Positions 40,526 to 53,066 of a stretch of 64,000 bases of DNA are shown here, piece after piece. The stretch is from Octopus sinensis (lineage: Eukaryota). A program made the translations under genes and the position numbers. Each line of letters opens with the position of its first letter. Position 1 is the first letter of the stretch. The notes beneath the pieces were generated by a model. The model had not been told where the DNA came from and made no database searches. It saw only the letters and a list, made by a program, of their open reading frames with translations. Where the stretch lies: assembly GCF_006345805.1 (NCBI RefSeq), contig NC_043000.1, positions 109,554,001 through 109,618,000 of the forward strand. The letters are read 5' to 3'.

Positions 40526-40633
40526 TTACAAGGAGAGTTTCTTAATCGCGTGGCAGCCATGTCTGTGCTTCTGCGTACAACTTATTTTATTCGTCTTCAT
40601 GTTACATATTTCTTGCTTTTCTTTCTTTTCCAG

Positions 40634-40819
40634 CCGCAAGCTCCTTTCCCGAGCTATCGCAGCCGCCAGACAGCCACGGGTTTGTGTGACCCAACAGAAG
40701 ACCTAAAGCTGGACACTTTAATTCTACCGGAAATCCCTTCCAAGACAATCAAGAGAATAGAGAAACAATATAAAAAGGAGTTAAGTTCGGATTTAAATTT
40801 TAAAAAAAGGACCAAATGA
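40634..40819 (+). CDS. Exon PQAPFPSYRSRQTATGLCDPTEDLKLDTLILPEIPSKTIKRIEKQYKKE... (terminal, or internal via a weak donor after 40779)
   Basis: Strong acceptor ttttctttcttttccag|, phase 0, open to TGA at 40817-40819. Confidence 0.75.
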   Translation, partial: PQAPFPSYRSRQTATGLCDPTEDLKLDTLILPEIPSKTIKRIEKQYKKELSSDLNFKKRTK

Positions 40820-42344
40820 TTAAAGGGAAATAACTCAGTCATACTAAATTTAATTCACACTTTCGTCTTTCCCTTGATGCTTGCAGTTATTACAAGAGAG
40901 AAAACCATTTTATTCTTTATTTTTTTGCTGTGTCTGGGGAGAGCTTCAGTCATTTGACTGTGGCCATGCTGGAGCACCGCATTTAGTCGAACAAATCAAC
41001 ACCAGGACTTATTTTTTGTAAGCTTAGTACTTATTCTATCGGTCTCTTTTGCCGAACCACCAAATGATTGAAACAAGTAAAAGACTAAAAGAATACCAGA
41101 AGAACGTTCCCTACCATTAAACCAAGAAGGTTCTTTGAATATGTTATGATTCATTCTAAGGTTAAATAGTAATTCTGTTTACGTTTGTGTAACTGAGATA
41201 TTTTGCTTGGATTATATAGTCATTGGTGTTACATTACTTTCTATATTCTGTAACTGTCACAATATACTTTCCTAGGCCTGAAATTTTTGTGGGGAAGGGG
41301 CCAGTTGATTAGATCGACTCCAGTACACAACTGGTACTTAATTTATCGACCTCCAAAGGACGAAAGGCAAAATCGACCTCGGCAGAATCTGAACTCAGAA
41401 CGTAAAGTCAGACGGTCATAATATACAAACATTTCTCATGGCACCAGTACACTTTACAGATGCTTATATTTTTTCATGTTTTCCGTGAATTGTTCACGGG
41501 TCCAGCTAGCTCATATTATTATCTTTAGTGCTACGGTGTGGTTTGAGGGATATTTGCTATTTCTAATGGGTCTATTGCTGCTATTTCTGCAGGTCGTCTG
41601 ACTGCGTAGAGCCGTCGTGGGCAGACTGCCGTCCGCAGTTCTTTCTAAATGACACACCAACGAAAATTGACCCTGAATAGTTTTAGTGGTGCGTCCGTCT
41701 TTACGTTCTGAGTTCAAATTCCATCGAAGTCGACTTTTTTTTTCATCCTTTCGGGTTCGATGAATTAAGCACTGCGATCAAACTAATCGATTATCCCCTC
41801 CCCAAAAAAATGTCAGGCCTTATGCTAATAATAGACAGGGTTATTCGACTGAGTTCATATTGCACGGAGGTCGACTTTGCCTCTCATCCATTCCGAGTCG
41901 ATAAAATTAAGTACCAGTCATACACTGGTGTCGATGTAATTAACTAATTGCTTTCCACTGAAAGAATTTATGGCATTGTGCCAACCGGGGTACGCGTAAT
42001 CGAAGGAACAGGAAAAGTATGGACACGGAATCTTGAAGTAATCACAACCATCCAGGTTTCTTTCAAATGTGTGGAGAGCTTTTAGCGATTTTGATTCGCT
42101 TACCGTTGTGAAGAAGACCTTCCAGCCATATTTAAGAGCAGAGAAAGAAAAACTGATTTCATGCGAAACTGGAAATTCAGAATGATGTGTGGGTCTGTGT
42201 CTCTAAAATTGTGTCTGGAATTGATTTACTTGGTAAAAGTGCGAAACTCACCCACTTCGATAAAAATGGAACAACATTAAATTCAGTTAAATTTCTTAAA
42301 TAGGCAGAAGGCCAAACTTTTTTTTTTTTTGTGGTGTGTCTTCT

Positions 42345-42560
42345 TCTTCTTCTTCTCTTCTTCTTCTTCTTCTTCTTCATCCTTTTTTTCCCTTGTGGAG
42401 CATAGGGCCTCAACAGTTGTTTCCCACTTTTTGCGGTCATTGGTGTGTTTCTTGGCTGCTTCGCATGTCAGGTCGTTGGTCTTGAGCTCGTCCAAAATGC
42501 TCCGCTTCCATGTCTGCTTCGTGTGGTGTGGGGTACAGTGAATGGCATAAAACTCACTAC
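42345..42560 (-). mobile_element. RTE LINE extreme 3' end
   Basis: KQTWKRSILDELK...DRKKWETTVEALCST followed by a (GAA)n tail. Confidence 0.7.
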
Positions 42561-43275
42561 TAAACGGGTATTTTGTTTTATTGGTGCCGGAAAGAGGGAA
42601 AGTAAAATTGACCGAGGCAGGATTAGAACGTTTCGAATTAAATTGAAATGAATCATTGATCATACATGTCGTTCGAGGCTGAATGGGATTTGAACAGCGA
42701 AAACTTGGCGACAGGATGACCTCCACCAATGTGACTTCTGTCGGTTGTTGATTTCGTGACTAAATGATTTATGTGACTCGTCACTACCATTAATAATAAC
42801 AATTCAGATATGTATGTACCCCTCGAGTAAAATGTTATTAGTATTCAACCAAAAAGCAGCCAACTGGCAGAATTATCAGCGGCATCTCTTTAGGTTCCGT
42901 GTTCAAATCGCTTGGCGGGATTTGAACTCAGAACGTAAAGAGATGGAAGAATTTGCCTTTCATCCTTTCAGAGTCAATGAAATAAAGGACGAGTCAAGTA
43001 CTGGAGTCGATGGAATCGACTAAGACCCCCTCCCCTCAAAATTACTGACCTTGAACCCGGCAACTGACCAACGTTCCATTCAGGTGGAATATTGTTTCTT
43101 TACTACCCACAAGGGGCTAAATATAGAGGGGACAAACAAGGACAGATAAACGAATTAAGTCGATTACATCGACTCCAGTGCGTAACTGGTACTTAATTTA
43201 TCGACCCCGAAAAGATGAAAGGCAAGGTCAACCTCGGCGGAATCTGAACTCAGAACGTAGTGATGTCGCTTACTT

Positions 43276-43289
43276 GTTGCCATGGAAAC
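43276..43289. promoter_or_regulatory. RFX X-box-like palindrome GTTGCCATGGAAAC
   Basis: Near-perfect match to the X-box consensus GTYRCCATGGNAAC. Function is not shown. Confidence 0.35.
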
Positions 43290-43461
43290 TAGGTAACTGG
43301 TTTTAGAAAAAGAATTAAGCTTCTTGTCAATTTAATCTACTAAAAAAATAGCTTTATGAAAAACGATGCCCTTACGTGGCCAGACGGCCCTTCGATGGAG
43401 TTGAACAACAAAAAAAGCATTGTTCGTTGTGTGTCTTAAATAAGTTATTGATTATTTACAG

Positions 43462-43696
43462 GAAAGAACTCATCCGCAAACAGAAAGCGAATTCACAGAA
43501 GAAAGTCACTGAGAACTGGAAACATCGAGAAAAGGACTTCTGTAGACAGGAGCTAAAACGTTTAAAGGAAGTCCATCCATCAAACAGAGCTAACCTCTTA
43601 GCTTCGTATAACGCATATCTCCAGAACAGTGTTGGCTCTCGCAAGGCTATCACCGACTACATCAACAAACTTTCTCTCTCTTCGAGAATAAAATGA
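43462..43696 (+). CDS. Terminal exon KELIRKQKANSQKKVTENWKHREKDFCRQELKRLKEVHPSNRANLLASYNAYLQNSVGSRKAITDYINKLSLSSRIK*
   Basis: Acceptor attatttacag|G, phase 2, open to TGA. AATAAA at 43745 and 43757. Protein-like sequence. Confidence 0.72.
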
Positions 43697-44439
43697 ATTT
43701 CTGCTTCTAATGTTTGTACGATTGAAGAACAATTAATTCGAAATAATAAATCTGAAAATAAATATTTTCTTGTAACATAAACTAAAAAACAGCATTCATT
43801 TGAACCATATTACACACCATTCGCAATACATTTCCGTTCTATCACAGTTAAACAAACATCTATATTTATTTCTGAATATCTTTAGACCTATTGACAAATT
43901 AAATTCTACTTGAAGGGAATGTAAATGTGATACCCATGTGCACCGTTGTGTAAAGAATAGATTGCCATCGCTCTCTATATTTCACATGTATCCTGGCTTA
44001 ACGTTAATCTTATCTCCCCATTCTATTCTATCCACATTTGCTTTTAAAGACTCTCAGCGCAGGGCTCTGAACACTTTCATATTTTACAACAAACCAAACC
44101 ATATTACAGAAAATCGATTTCGGTTAGAATTTTTGAACAGCAATTTCCATTTGTTAGACAAATCAAATTACTACAACCATTGAATTAGTGTAAATGTGGC
44201 TGTGTATTCCTCAGATCTGTATACTCTTAATGCAATTCTCACGCAGAACCACCTTCTGCACAGTTTCTGTTAACCTGATTTCACTTGGAAGGTAAGGGTC
44301 AACCCGAGGCGATAGAAAATGATCGTTGCCCCAGATGCCATACAGCAAGATCAAAGATGGATCCTCGATCATAATGCGCCACCTCACATTATATAAATGT
44401 CCCTGGACATTACTACCTCAACTCCTAGGACTCATAACT

Positions 44440-44670
44440 AGGTTGGTTGGTTTCCATGGTGCATAAATGGATGAGACGAACACCATTTTGCTTCTGAACG
44501 GGAAGCCGATCCGTTTCAGGGTCACGCATTTACGGCTGAGTGGACTGGAGCAATGTCAAAAGAAGTGTTTCGTTTAAGAACACAACACATCGCCCGGTCC
44601 GAGAATCGAAACAACAAACATGCGATCGTGAGTGCAACACGCCAACCACTGGATCACGCGTCTTCACACA
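44440..44670 (-). mobile_element. Diverged tRNA-derived SINE (third family)
   Basis: Minus strand has A-box-like GATCCAGTGG, B-box-like GTTTCGATTCT and ATTGCTCCAGTCCACTCAGC. Confidence 0.55.
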
Positions 44671-44730
44671 CTCTACAAGGCGACCCTAAAATGTCCGTAA
44701 CTTAACACACATTCTAAACTAATGAAAGTT

Positions 44731-44900
44731 TATTATTTACATTGTTTACATTTGATGGATATTTGTCCTCATCTTGTTTGTTGTTAACACAACGTTTCGG
44801 CTGATATACCCTCTACGCCATATGCCCGTGGGCATATGGCGTAGTGGTTAAGAGCGCGTGTTACTAACTCCAAGATTCCGAGTTCGATTCCAGGTAGTGA

Positions 44901-44964
<64 letters not shown>

Positions 44965-45148
44965 CAACAACAACATCGAGAAATACCTTAGGAATGAGAA
45001 CCTAGGTTCGAAATTTCCCCCAAGACACCTGATGAAGGCTGGAGGGTATATCGGCCGAAACGTTGTGTTAACAACAAACAAGATGAGGACAAATATCCGT
45101 CAAATGTAAATAATGTAAATAATTCCTCATCTCTTAAATATAGAACTG
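44731..45148 (+). mobile_element. tRNA-headed, hammerhead-tailed element with inverted 5' copy
   Basis: 11-bp TSD TAATGAAAGTT (44720-30, 45149-59). A-box TGGCGTAGTGG, B-box GAGTTCGATTCC, (AAT)n and a hammerhead tail. 44731-44813 is the inverted copy of 45042-45123. Confidence 0.82.
45024..45069 (+). ncRNA. Minimal type I hammerhead ribozyme (palindromic stem III)
   Basis: GACAC-CUGAUGA-A-GGCUG(loop)CGGCC-GAAAC-GUU/GUGUU. Stem III is the self-complementary ACGU. Confidence 0.78.
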
Positions 45149-46679
45149 TAATGAAAGTTCAGTTGAAATATTCAAAATTATGTTGATTACAGTTTAATTA
45201 GACGCAACAGCTCAATAAAATACAAAGATGAAGTACAAAATGGAGAATGGAATAAACTATTTGATTCTCCATGAAATCTCAAACTGTAAATTATCAGACT
45301 CCATCTAATCATACAGAAGTGTGAAGGAGATAGAAAGAGCAGAATGGTGACTTAAATGGTTTGTAATATTTAGTTACAAACTTTTTAGTTTTGAGTTCAA
45401 TTCCAACTAGTGTAGTTGTACCTTTCGTTATTCTGGGCTAATCGAAAATATATACCAGTAATTTACTGCGTCTGCTCAAGTGACGATATAACAGGACACA
45501 CCATCCGTCCCTTAATCTGTAGCTTTATACCAAAGTTAAAAGTGAGGATCTCAACTTTAACCAGCAGTGTAAAACAAGAGACACGGTTTCGATCATTAGT
45601 TTGGATCCCTTTAAAAAAAAAAACAAATTGAATATCACAATTTTTTTTATTTCTCTTCAAGCCTTTATTCCCTGCCAAACATAAAAATATTTCAAATTTT
45701 TTACCATCATTTATAATACTTGGAATCGTACTTATCTGACAAGTGATTTGATATGAGTCTTGTGTGTTGAGAGTAAAACGATTACAGCTTTAAAGACTCG
45801 CTTTAGCCATTCAAAGACGCACAAAGACTGTTGACCTCACTTAAACATTTTTAGTGGAACTGCGTCAATGACCAGGTCACAGATACTGCGACGAAAATTT
45901 TGATACCAAATAATGAATGATTTACAGTTTCTGTGGGGTTTTGAATGGATAAAACGAGTCTTCTACCTCTGTAATGGCATCCATAATTTTAATACTTTTT
46001 AATCTTTGCTACGACGGTTAACAGTCTTATTTGTTTTTAGCAGTGGAACTCGAAGTAGAAAAAGCAATAAATAAAAGCTATGTAAGTACTAGATTAGAAA
46101 TCCCCTGAGACAGAAAACACCAAAGGCTTCCTGGGGGGAGTCGAAGCCATATCTTCTGCAACCATTCCAGACGTCCTACTCTCGATGTATTGCTTTCGTC
46201 TTATAGAAAATAAAGTTTTCAGCAATTTGATACGAGGTTCACTGTTTGCTTTTATCTCTAATAGAATATTGAAGAGGTGAATGCGATGGCAACGAGGCAA
46301 ATCGATTGATTCAAACCTTCGACATTTCGTATATTGAAAAGAGAAAGTTTTGAGAAGAAACGAGTCGAGACAAAAATAACTGGTCGAAGGGAGGTAACTC
46401 GTCTGGTTTTGATATGAACTGAAAACATAATTTATTCCAATTCCGCCGAGGTCGACTTTGCCTTTCATTCTTTCGGGGTCGATTAAATAAGTACCAGTTA
46501 CGCACTGGGGTTGATAAAAATCAACTTAATCCATTCGTCTGTCCTTGATAGTCTCCTCTGTGTGTAGCCCCTTGTGGGCAGTAGAGAAATATGTTGATTC
46601 CGAGACCAAACCTGACCAAACAGGGCTTTGATCAAAAGTGTTCCAGTAATAAAATCCAGTCTCTTTTTTTTATATATAA

Positions 46680-47189
46680 CTAGCAGTATCGCCCGGCGTT
46701 GCTCGGGTTTGTAAGGGAAATAACTATATAAGCATTTTTAGAGAGTTGCTTCCCTTATAGATGTCAATTCGGGCTTTCTTAGCCATTTCTGTTTTGGTGT
46801 CTTCAAGCCATGAAGTCGTTGTTCTAATAGAACGCTGGTCTCCTTGACAACGCTTTACGACGTTGATTTCCTTACACTCCCTTCCCCACAGCTTCACGAG
46901 GGAGGGAAGGGGGAGAAGCAAACATGTGCAGCTGTGAGCGTGGACGCCAACTCCGCCGCCATCGACACACGAAAAATTATGCATTAAAATGGAATAAAAA
47001 AAGATGTTAAATTATTTTTAAAATCGTAGACTCATCGTAGACGCGCGCTAATAGCCAGACGGGCTCGATATGAATCACGACTATAAGATACCCGAATTTG
47101 GTTAAACTGCACCGCAAAATGTGGGAGTAGTTAGGAATCTAAATCGAAGGGGACAGACACTCACACAACTACAGTTTTATATATATAGA
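46680..47189 (-). mobile_element. Helitron-like H1 variant b
   Basis: High identity to 36998-37505; TC...CTAG termini in an A|T site. Confidence 0.82.
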
Positions 47190-47636
47190 TAGATGTGTGT
47201 TTTGTATTCTTTGGTTTGTGTTGGACAATAAAACAACTCATTGGAGGCGTTAATATGACTACCTGTTTATTTACGTGGCTTTTTAACAACTGTATATGTA
47301 CAACGGAGTCGTACACACTGTGCTTTATTCGCTTTATTCACAGTTCATCCTGCCCACAAGATGCGCTTGACAAAATAGTACTAATAATGGGGATGTATTC
47401 ATATATACGTATACCTACACATACACATGAACATATAACAATATATATTTGATTACATTATATAATATGTTTGTTTGTTTTTTTCCGTAACAGTGTGTGA
47501 TCCGAGAAATACTTGACTGTAATTTCTAGCAAACCGAGCACCCTCATAAAGATTTCTGTGTTACGAATTCGTAAAATACACATGCTTGAATTTGACCATA
47601 AAAAGCTTCGAACAAAATTAGGTTAGAATCGGTTAT

Positions 47637-47870
47637 AAGGCGGCGAGCTGGCAGAAACGTTAGCACGCCGGGCGAAATGCTTGGCAATATTTCGTCTGCC
47701 GTTACGTTCTGAGTTCAAATTTCGCCGAGATCGACTTTGCCCTTCATCCTTTTGGGGTCGATTAAATAAGTACCAGTTACGCACTGGGGTCGATGTAATC
47801 GACTTAATCCGTTTGCCTGTCCTTGTTTGACTCCTCTCTGTGTGTAGCCCCTTGTGGGTAGTTAAGAAAT
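47637..47870 (+). mobile_element. SINE family B, full length
   Basis: Complete head AAGGCGGCGAGCTGGCAGAAACG through tail TAGCCCCTTGTGGGTAG. Confidence 0.88.
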
Positions 47871-47894
47871 AGGTTAGAAATGGTTAAGAAAGCT

Positions 47895-48520
47895 TCATAA
47901 TTTCGATCGTTTGGAAGGGGGCTGTCGTCCATGGAAGCGGTGACGTTCATCGCTTGCGGCTCTGGTCATTTCGGCTTCATTGACCACTTCCCATCGAATA
48001 TCAGCAGGGCCAGGAGGAACAGGTTGTGTTGGTGGGTTTCCTGAAAACAATGATTGGGCGGCATCTGGTGTTATTGTTCAATGTTGGGTCGAGCTTCTTC
48101 TTGGAATGGGTTGACTTCTCTATATTCCTCAGAGAAACGGCACAAGACCAAAGCAATAGATTTTAATGTATGTTCTGCGGCTTCCCATCTGGATCTGACC
48201 AGTTTCTGTGGGATGTGGTTTCGGGAACAAACTTTCAGTTTGGTTATTTTGACGTATTCCTTAAAGGAGAGAGAGCACAGTCCAAGTTTACTCCAAGGCA
48301 GATGAGGTACATACAGTGCTCCAGTGGTGATCCAGAAGCATCAAATACTTAAAAGTCGGTCGCTGTCACAATTCCCGAAATGGAAGAAGCAGATTCGAGT
48401 CTGGTATAGTAATGAGACTAGGACACTATGTAATGACCGTGACGAGAATGTGCCTTTAGTACATCACACAACGCGTTTGTTTTCGTATCTCATCTTGTTT
48501 ACAGTTGGTGATGTCCTGTA
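47895..48520 (-). pseudogene. Degenerate coding-like remnant, possibly a non-LTR retroelement RT-downstream region
   Basis: Interrupted frames such as TGALYVPHLPWSKLGLCSLSFKEYVKITKLKVC...RSRWEAAE. The resemblance is weak and from memory. Confidence 0.3.
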
Positions 48521-48535
48521 CCCAAATATGCATAT

Positions 48536-48631
<96 letters not shown>

Positions 48632-48675
48632 CATACATATATATACATATATATATACATATATATATATATACA

Positions 48676-49070
48676 CTAGCAGTATCGCCCGGCGTTGCTC
48701 GGGTTTGTAAGGGAAATAATTATATAAGCATTTTTAGAGATGTAAAGTATAATAGCCATCTCAAAATGGCTAACCACAAAGGGGGAGGGGTGTTACTGTA
48801 GCTTTTAACGTTCTGAGATTTAATAATAAATTTTAGAGAGTTACTTCCCTTATATATGTCAAAAATGGATTAAAAATGGGAAAAATTGATGGTAAATTTT
48901 TTTTTTAATCGTAGACTCATCGTAGACGCGCGCTAATACCCAGACGGTCTCGATATGAATCACGACTATAAGATACCCGGTTTTGGTTAAACTGCACCGC
49001 AAAATGTGGGAGTAGTTAGGAATCTAAATCGTAGGAGACAGACACACAACCTCACTTTTATACATAAAGA
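48676..49070 (-). mobile_element. Helitron-like H1 variant a
   Basis: Matches 36464-36859 at both termini. Confidence 0.8.
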
Positions 49071-49139
49071 TTTCCTCTATTTACATAATATTGAGGTCTC
49101 TTTCTTTCTTTTGTTATTACTGTTTTTACCAATATACAT

Positions 49140-49195
<56 letters not shown>

Positions 49196-49197
<2 letters not shown>

Positions 49198-49517
49198 CAG
49201 AGATGTACTTGCATAGCAAGTGACTTGATCTGAGATCGTGTGCTGGAACGAAAACAGTTGCAGCGTTGAAGGTGTTTATAAGCCATTTAAGAACACACAC
49301 AAAAACCGTTAGATTCACTTCAACATTTAAATTTAATTTGTCAAAATATTTTCATCGCTTTGAGACCGCGACCTGTTAGCACGATATTTTTGTCAGTGAA
49401 CAGGTCGCGGTCTCAAAGCGACGAAAATATTTTGGCAAATTAAATTTAAATGTTGAAGTGAATGTAACGGTTTTTGTGTGTTTCTTAAATGGCTTACAAA
49501 CACCTTCCACGCTGCAA
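49196..49517. mobile_element. Fold-back element in (TA)n with ~120-bp arms (49258-49377 and 49399-49517), carrying a variant hammerhead
   Basis: The arms are near-identical inverted copies. Same family as 52861-53066. Confidence 0.8.
49389..49439 (+). ncRNA. Hammerhead ribozyme, G3-C8 core variant
   Basis: UUUGUCA-GUGAACA-G-GUCGC(GGUCUCAAA)GCGAC-GAAA-AUAUU-U/UGGCAAA. Stem I is kept by a G-U wobble. Confidence 0.7.
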
Positions 49518-49873
49518 TATATATATACACACATATATATATATGTATGTATGTGTGTATGTGTGTATGCATGTATGTGTGTGTGTGTGCGTGTCTGTGC
49601 TTGTGATTGTCCTCCACCACTGCTTGACAACGAATGTTGGTTTGTTTACATCCCTGTCACCTAGTGGTTTGACAAAGGAAACAGATAGAATAAGTACAAT
49701 GCTTACAAAAATAAAACAAGTTGATTCATTAAACTACAATTCTTCAAGGCATTGCCCCAGCATGGCCACAGACCAATGGCTGGAAAAAGCAGAAGAATAA
49801 AAGAATACATTCTCTGCTTTGGTCTTATGTTCAAGGCATGAGAAAGCTTGAGTTTACATGAGAAGGCCTAACA

Positions 49874-50243
49874 GACCTGGTAGAAACAGCAGCCAAATCT
49901 CCCTCAAATCACACCTTACTGTCTTATGTATGTATATATATATGAGCCAATGAGGGGGACCTCTACATGGTAGCTAGACCTGGTAGAAATAGCAGCCAAA
50001 TTTCCCCAAATCACACTTACTGTCTTATCTATGTATATATGTATGTATGAGCCTATGAGGGAGACCCCTACATGGCAGCTAGACCTGGTAGAAATAGCAG
50101 CCAAATTTCCCCCAAATCACACCTTACTGTCTTATCTATGTATATATGTATGTATGAGCCTATGAGGGAGACCCCTACATGGCAGCTAGACATGGTAGAA
50201 ATAGCAGCCAAATCTCCCTCAAATCACACCTTACTGTCTTATC
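49874..50243 (+). repeat. About 105-bp tandem repeat, ~3.5 units
   Basis: Unit GACCTGGTAGAAATAGCAGCCAAAT...CCTACATGGCAGCTA, with a variable internal TATG tract. Confidence 0.9.
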
Positions 50244-51033
50244 TTTCTGCTACTTGGATATAGGTGTTATATTCGTCGTAAAAAACTTTCCTGTCACACA
50301 CTCACGCACACGCACACACACACACACACGCACCCTCACACACACACACACGCGCACACCCACACACACCCACTCACACACACGCACGTTAGCTTACAAT
50401 TTTATTTATATATTTGCGTGTGTATATGTGGAAAGAGGAAGTGGGAGGCAGAGTGAAAGAATCACTCACTACAGTAAGTCAATTACTTTCATTTTATTCG
50501 TTGCCCACTGTGTGTGTGCGTTTGCGTGTGCTGTAAACCAGACTAAGAAAAGCATTTGACACACACACCAGAATGTGAGTTTTCTGTAAATTTTGCTTAA
50601 TTGGAGTTTAAATTTTAAAAACTGGACCTGGCATGACGCGATGCATTGTACTCTTAAAAATGCAAGGTAAATTGTAATTGAAGAAATCCTATATTGTAGA
50701 TTTGTATAACTCCCAAAGGGAGGCAGATAAAATCTGCCTTTTATAATAAGAGATACATATATATATACATATATATATATATAAATACATACATTATATA
50801 TATATATATATATACATACATACATTATATATATAAATACATACATTATATATATATATACATACATATATATATATACATACATATAATATATATACAT
50901 ATATATACATACATATATATATATACATACATATATATATACATATATATACATACATATATATACATATATATATATATACATACATATATATATACAT
51001 ACATATATATATATACATACATATATACATACA

Positions 51034-51087
<54 letters not shown>

Positions 51088-51097
51088 TATACATACA

Positions 51098-51172
<75 letters not shown>

Positions 51173-51175
51173 TAC

Positions 51176-51239
<64 letters not shown>

Positions 51240-51606
51240 GGATGGATGGATAGATGTAGTGCCACATATTAGAGGAGGCTCTTAGTAATAACAGTGTAGT
51301 AAAACGGTGGTGCATCAGCATGGCCCAGCTCTGAGCTGAAACGGGAGAGAAAAAAATATATACGCATATATATATGCATGTATGTATATGTATATATGTA
51401 TGTATATATGTATGTATGTATATATATGTGTGTGTGTGTGTGCGTGTGTGTGTGTGTGTATGTATGTATATACATTTGTATGTATCTGTATACATATATA
51501 TACAAAAGTATATATGCAGATGTACACTCACACATACATATATATATATATACATACATACATACATACGTACGTACGTACGTATTTATGTATGTATGTA
51601 TGTATG

Positions 51607-52846
51607 TTGGGTCATCCGATAAATAATGCGGTATTTTCAATTGCATGAACTAAAAGTCGGAGGGGAATGGAATAAACTACCTGTATCAACTTATTATAAA
51701 AGCAGGTAATAATTTTAACTTGTCTTTATTTTTAGTGCCGTTTTGAAGGGTGCAGTTCGATTTTAACAGTTATTTTTTCAAAGCTATAATGGAAGTGACA
51801 AAGGCGTATATTCGACATATTTTGCGTTATGTGTGCAATAAAAGTGCGAGGAGTATTGATGCAGTACATGGGGATTAGACAATAAGCATAAGCCAGTGTC
51901 AACGGTGGTTCCAGAAATTCTGAGCCGTAAACTACAGCCTTGGAGAGCCTCGTCCTGGAAGATCTGTAGAGCTCGACGAGGACGTCCTGCAAACTTCAGT
52001 GGAACAAAATCCCATCGTAACTGTTGAGGAACTAACAGAGAATCTTGGATTTGGTCATTCAACCATTCATCGACACCTTATTGCCATCGGAAAAGTCAGC
52101 AAATTTGGTCAATGGGTTCCTCGCAAACTTTCCTAATCTAATTGTGTGCAGAGAGTGAACGTGTGTTCTTCTTTACTGTCACGTCTCACGAATGAACTTC
52201 TTTTGTGGACCGAATAGAGACTAGTGACGAGAAATGGGTTCTCTATAAAAATATCAAGCGCTGAAGACAGAGGGTAGGGAAAGGAGAAACACCGGCACCC
52301 CAGGCTAAAGAAGGACTTCACCCAGGTAGGCTGTTGTTATTTCCTTGGTGGTATATGAAAGGTTTAGTCCATTTTGAACTTCTAAACCCGAACCAAACGA
52401 TAACAAAGGAGATCTACTGCGAGCAGCTTGAGCGGTTTAAGTCAGCGCTGGAAGAAAAACGACCATCTTTGGTTTCAAAGTGTTCTTCCATCTCGATAAT
52501 GCTCGGCCACAAACAGCGAGGATGATATTCCAAAGGCTGGAGCACTTTGAATGGGAAATGATGCCCCATCCACCGTATTCGCCGGACATTGCCCTATCTG
52601 CAGTCTTCAAAATCATTTAGATGGAAAAAATATAAATGCTGTAGACAAGGTCAGAACATTACCGGAGGAGTATTTTTTGTTACGGACAAGTGAATTTTAG
52701 AAGATGGGCCTTGCAAGTCTACCATGTATATGGAAGAGCATTGTAGAAAATGAAGGAGAGTATATTTTAGATTAAAAAAGAACTTTGTTTATCTTAATTT
52801 TGAAAAATAAAAGAAGAAAAACCGCATTATTTATGGGATGACTCAA
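51607..52846 (+). mobile_element. Full-length dead mariner element (1240 bp)
   Basis: About 30-bp TIRs TTGGGTCATCCGATAAATAATGCGGT / TTGAGTCATCCCATAAATAATGCGGT. The broken transposase retains WVPRKL, TSDEKW, DNARP and HPPYSPDIA. Confidence 0.93.
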
Positions 52847-52860
52847 TATATATGTATATA

Positions 52861-53066
52861 TATGCAGCACGGATTTTTGTCAGTGAACAGGTCGCGGTCT
52901 TAAAGCGACGAAAATATTTTGACAAATTAAACTTAAATGTTGAAGTGAATCGAACGGCTTTTGTGTGTTTCTTAAATGGCTTATAAACACCTTCCACGCT
53001 GCAATTGTTTTCATTTCAGCACACGATCTCAGATCAAATCACTTGCTATGCAAGTACATCTCCGTA
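52861..53066 (+). mobile_element. Single-orientation copy of the G3-C8 hammerhead element
   Basis: Homologous to 49196-49517 and flanked by (TA)n. Confidence 0.8.
52876..52926 (+). ncRNA. Hammerhead ribozyme, G3-C8 core variant
   Basis: UUUGUCA-GUGAACA-G-GUCGC(GGUCUUAAA)GCGAC-GAAA-AUAUU-U/UGACAAA. Stem I is 7 bp, stem II is 5 bp, and stem III is the palindrome AAUAUU. Confidence 0.75.

Noticed and set aside
44830-44900. tRNA gene
   Set aside because: A and B boxes are present, but there is no acceptor-stem pairing; it is a SINE head.
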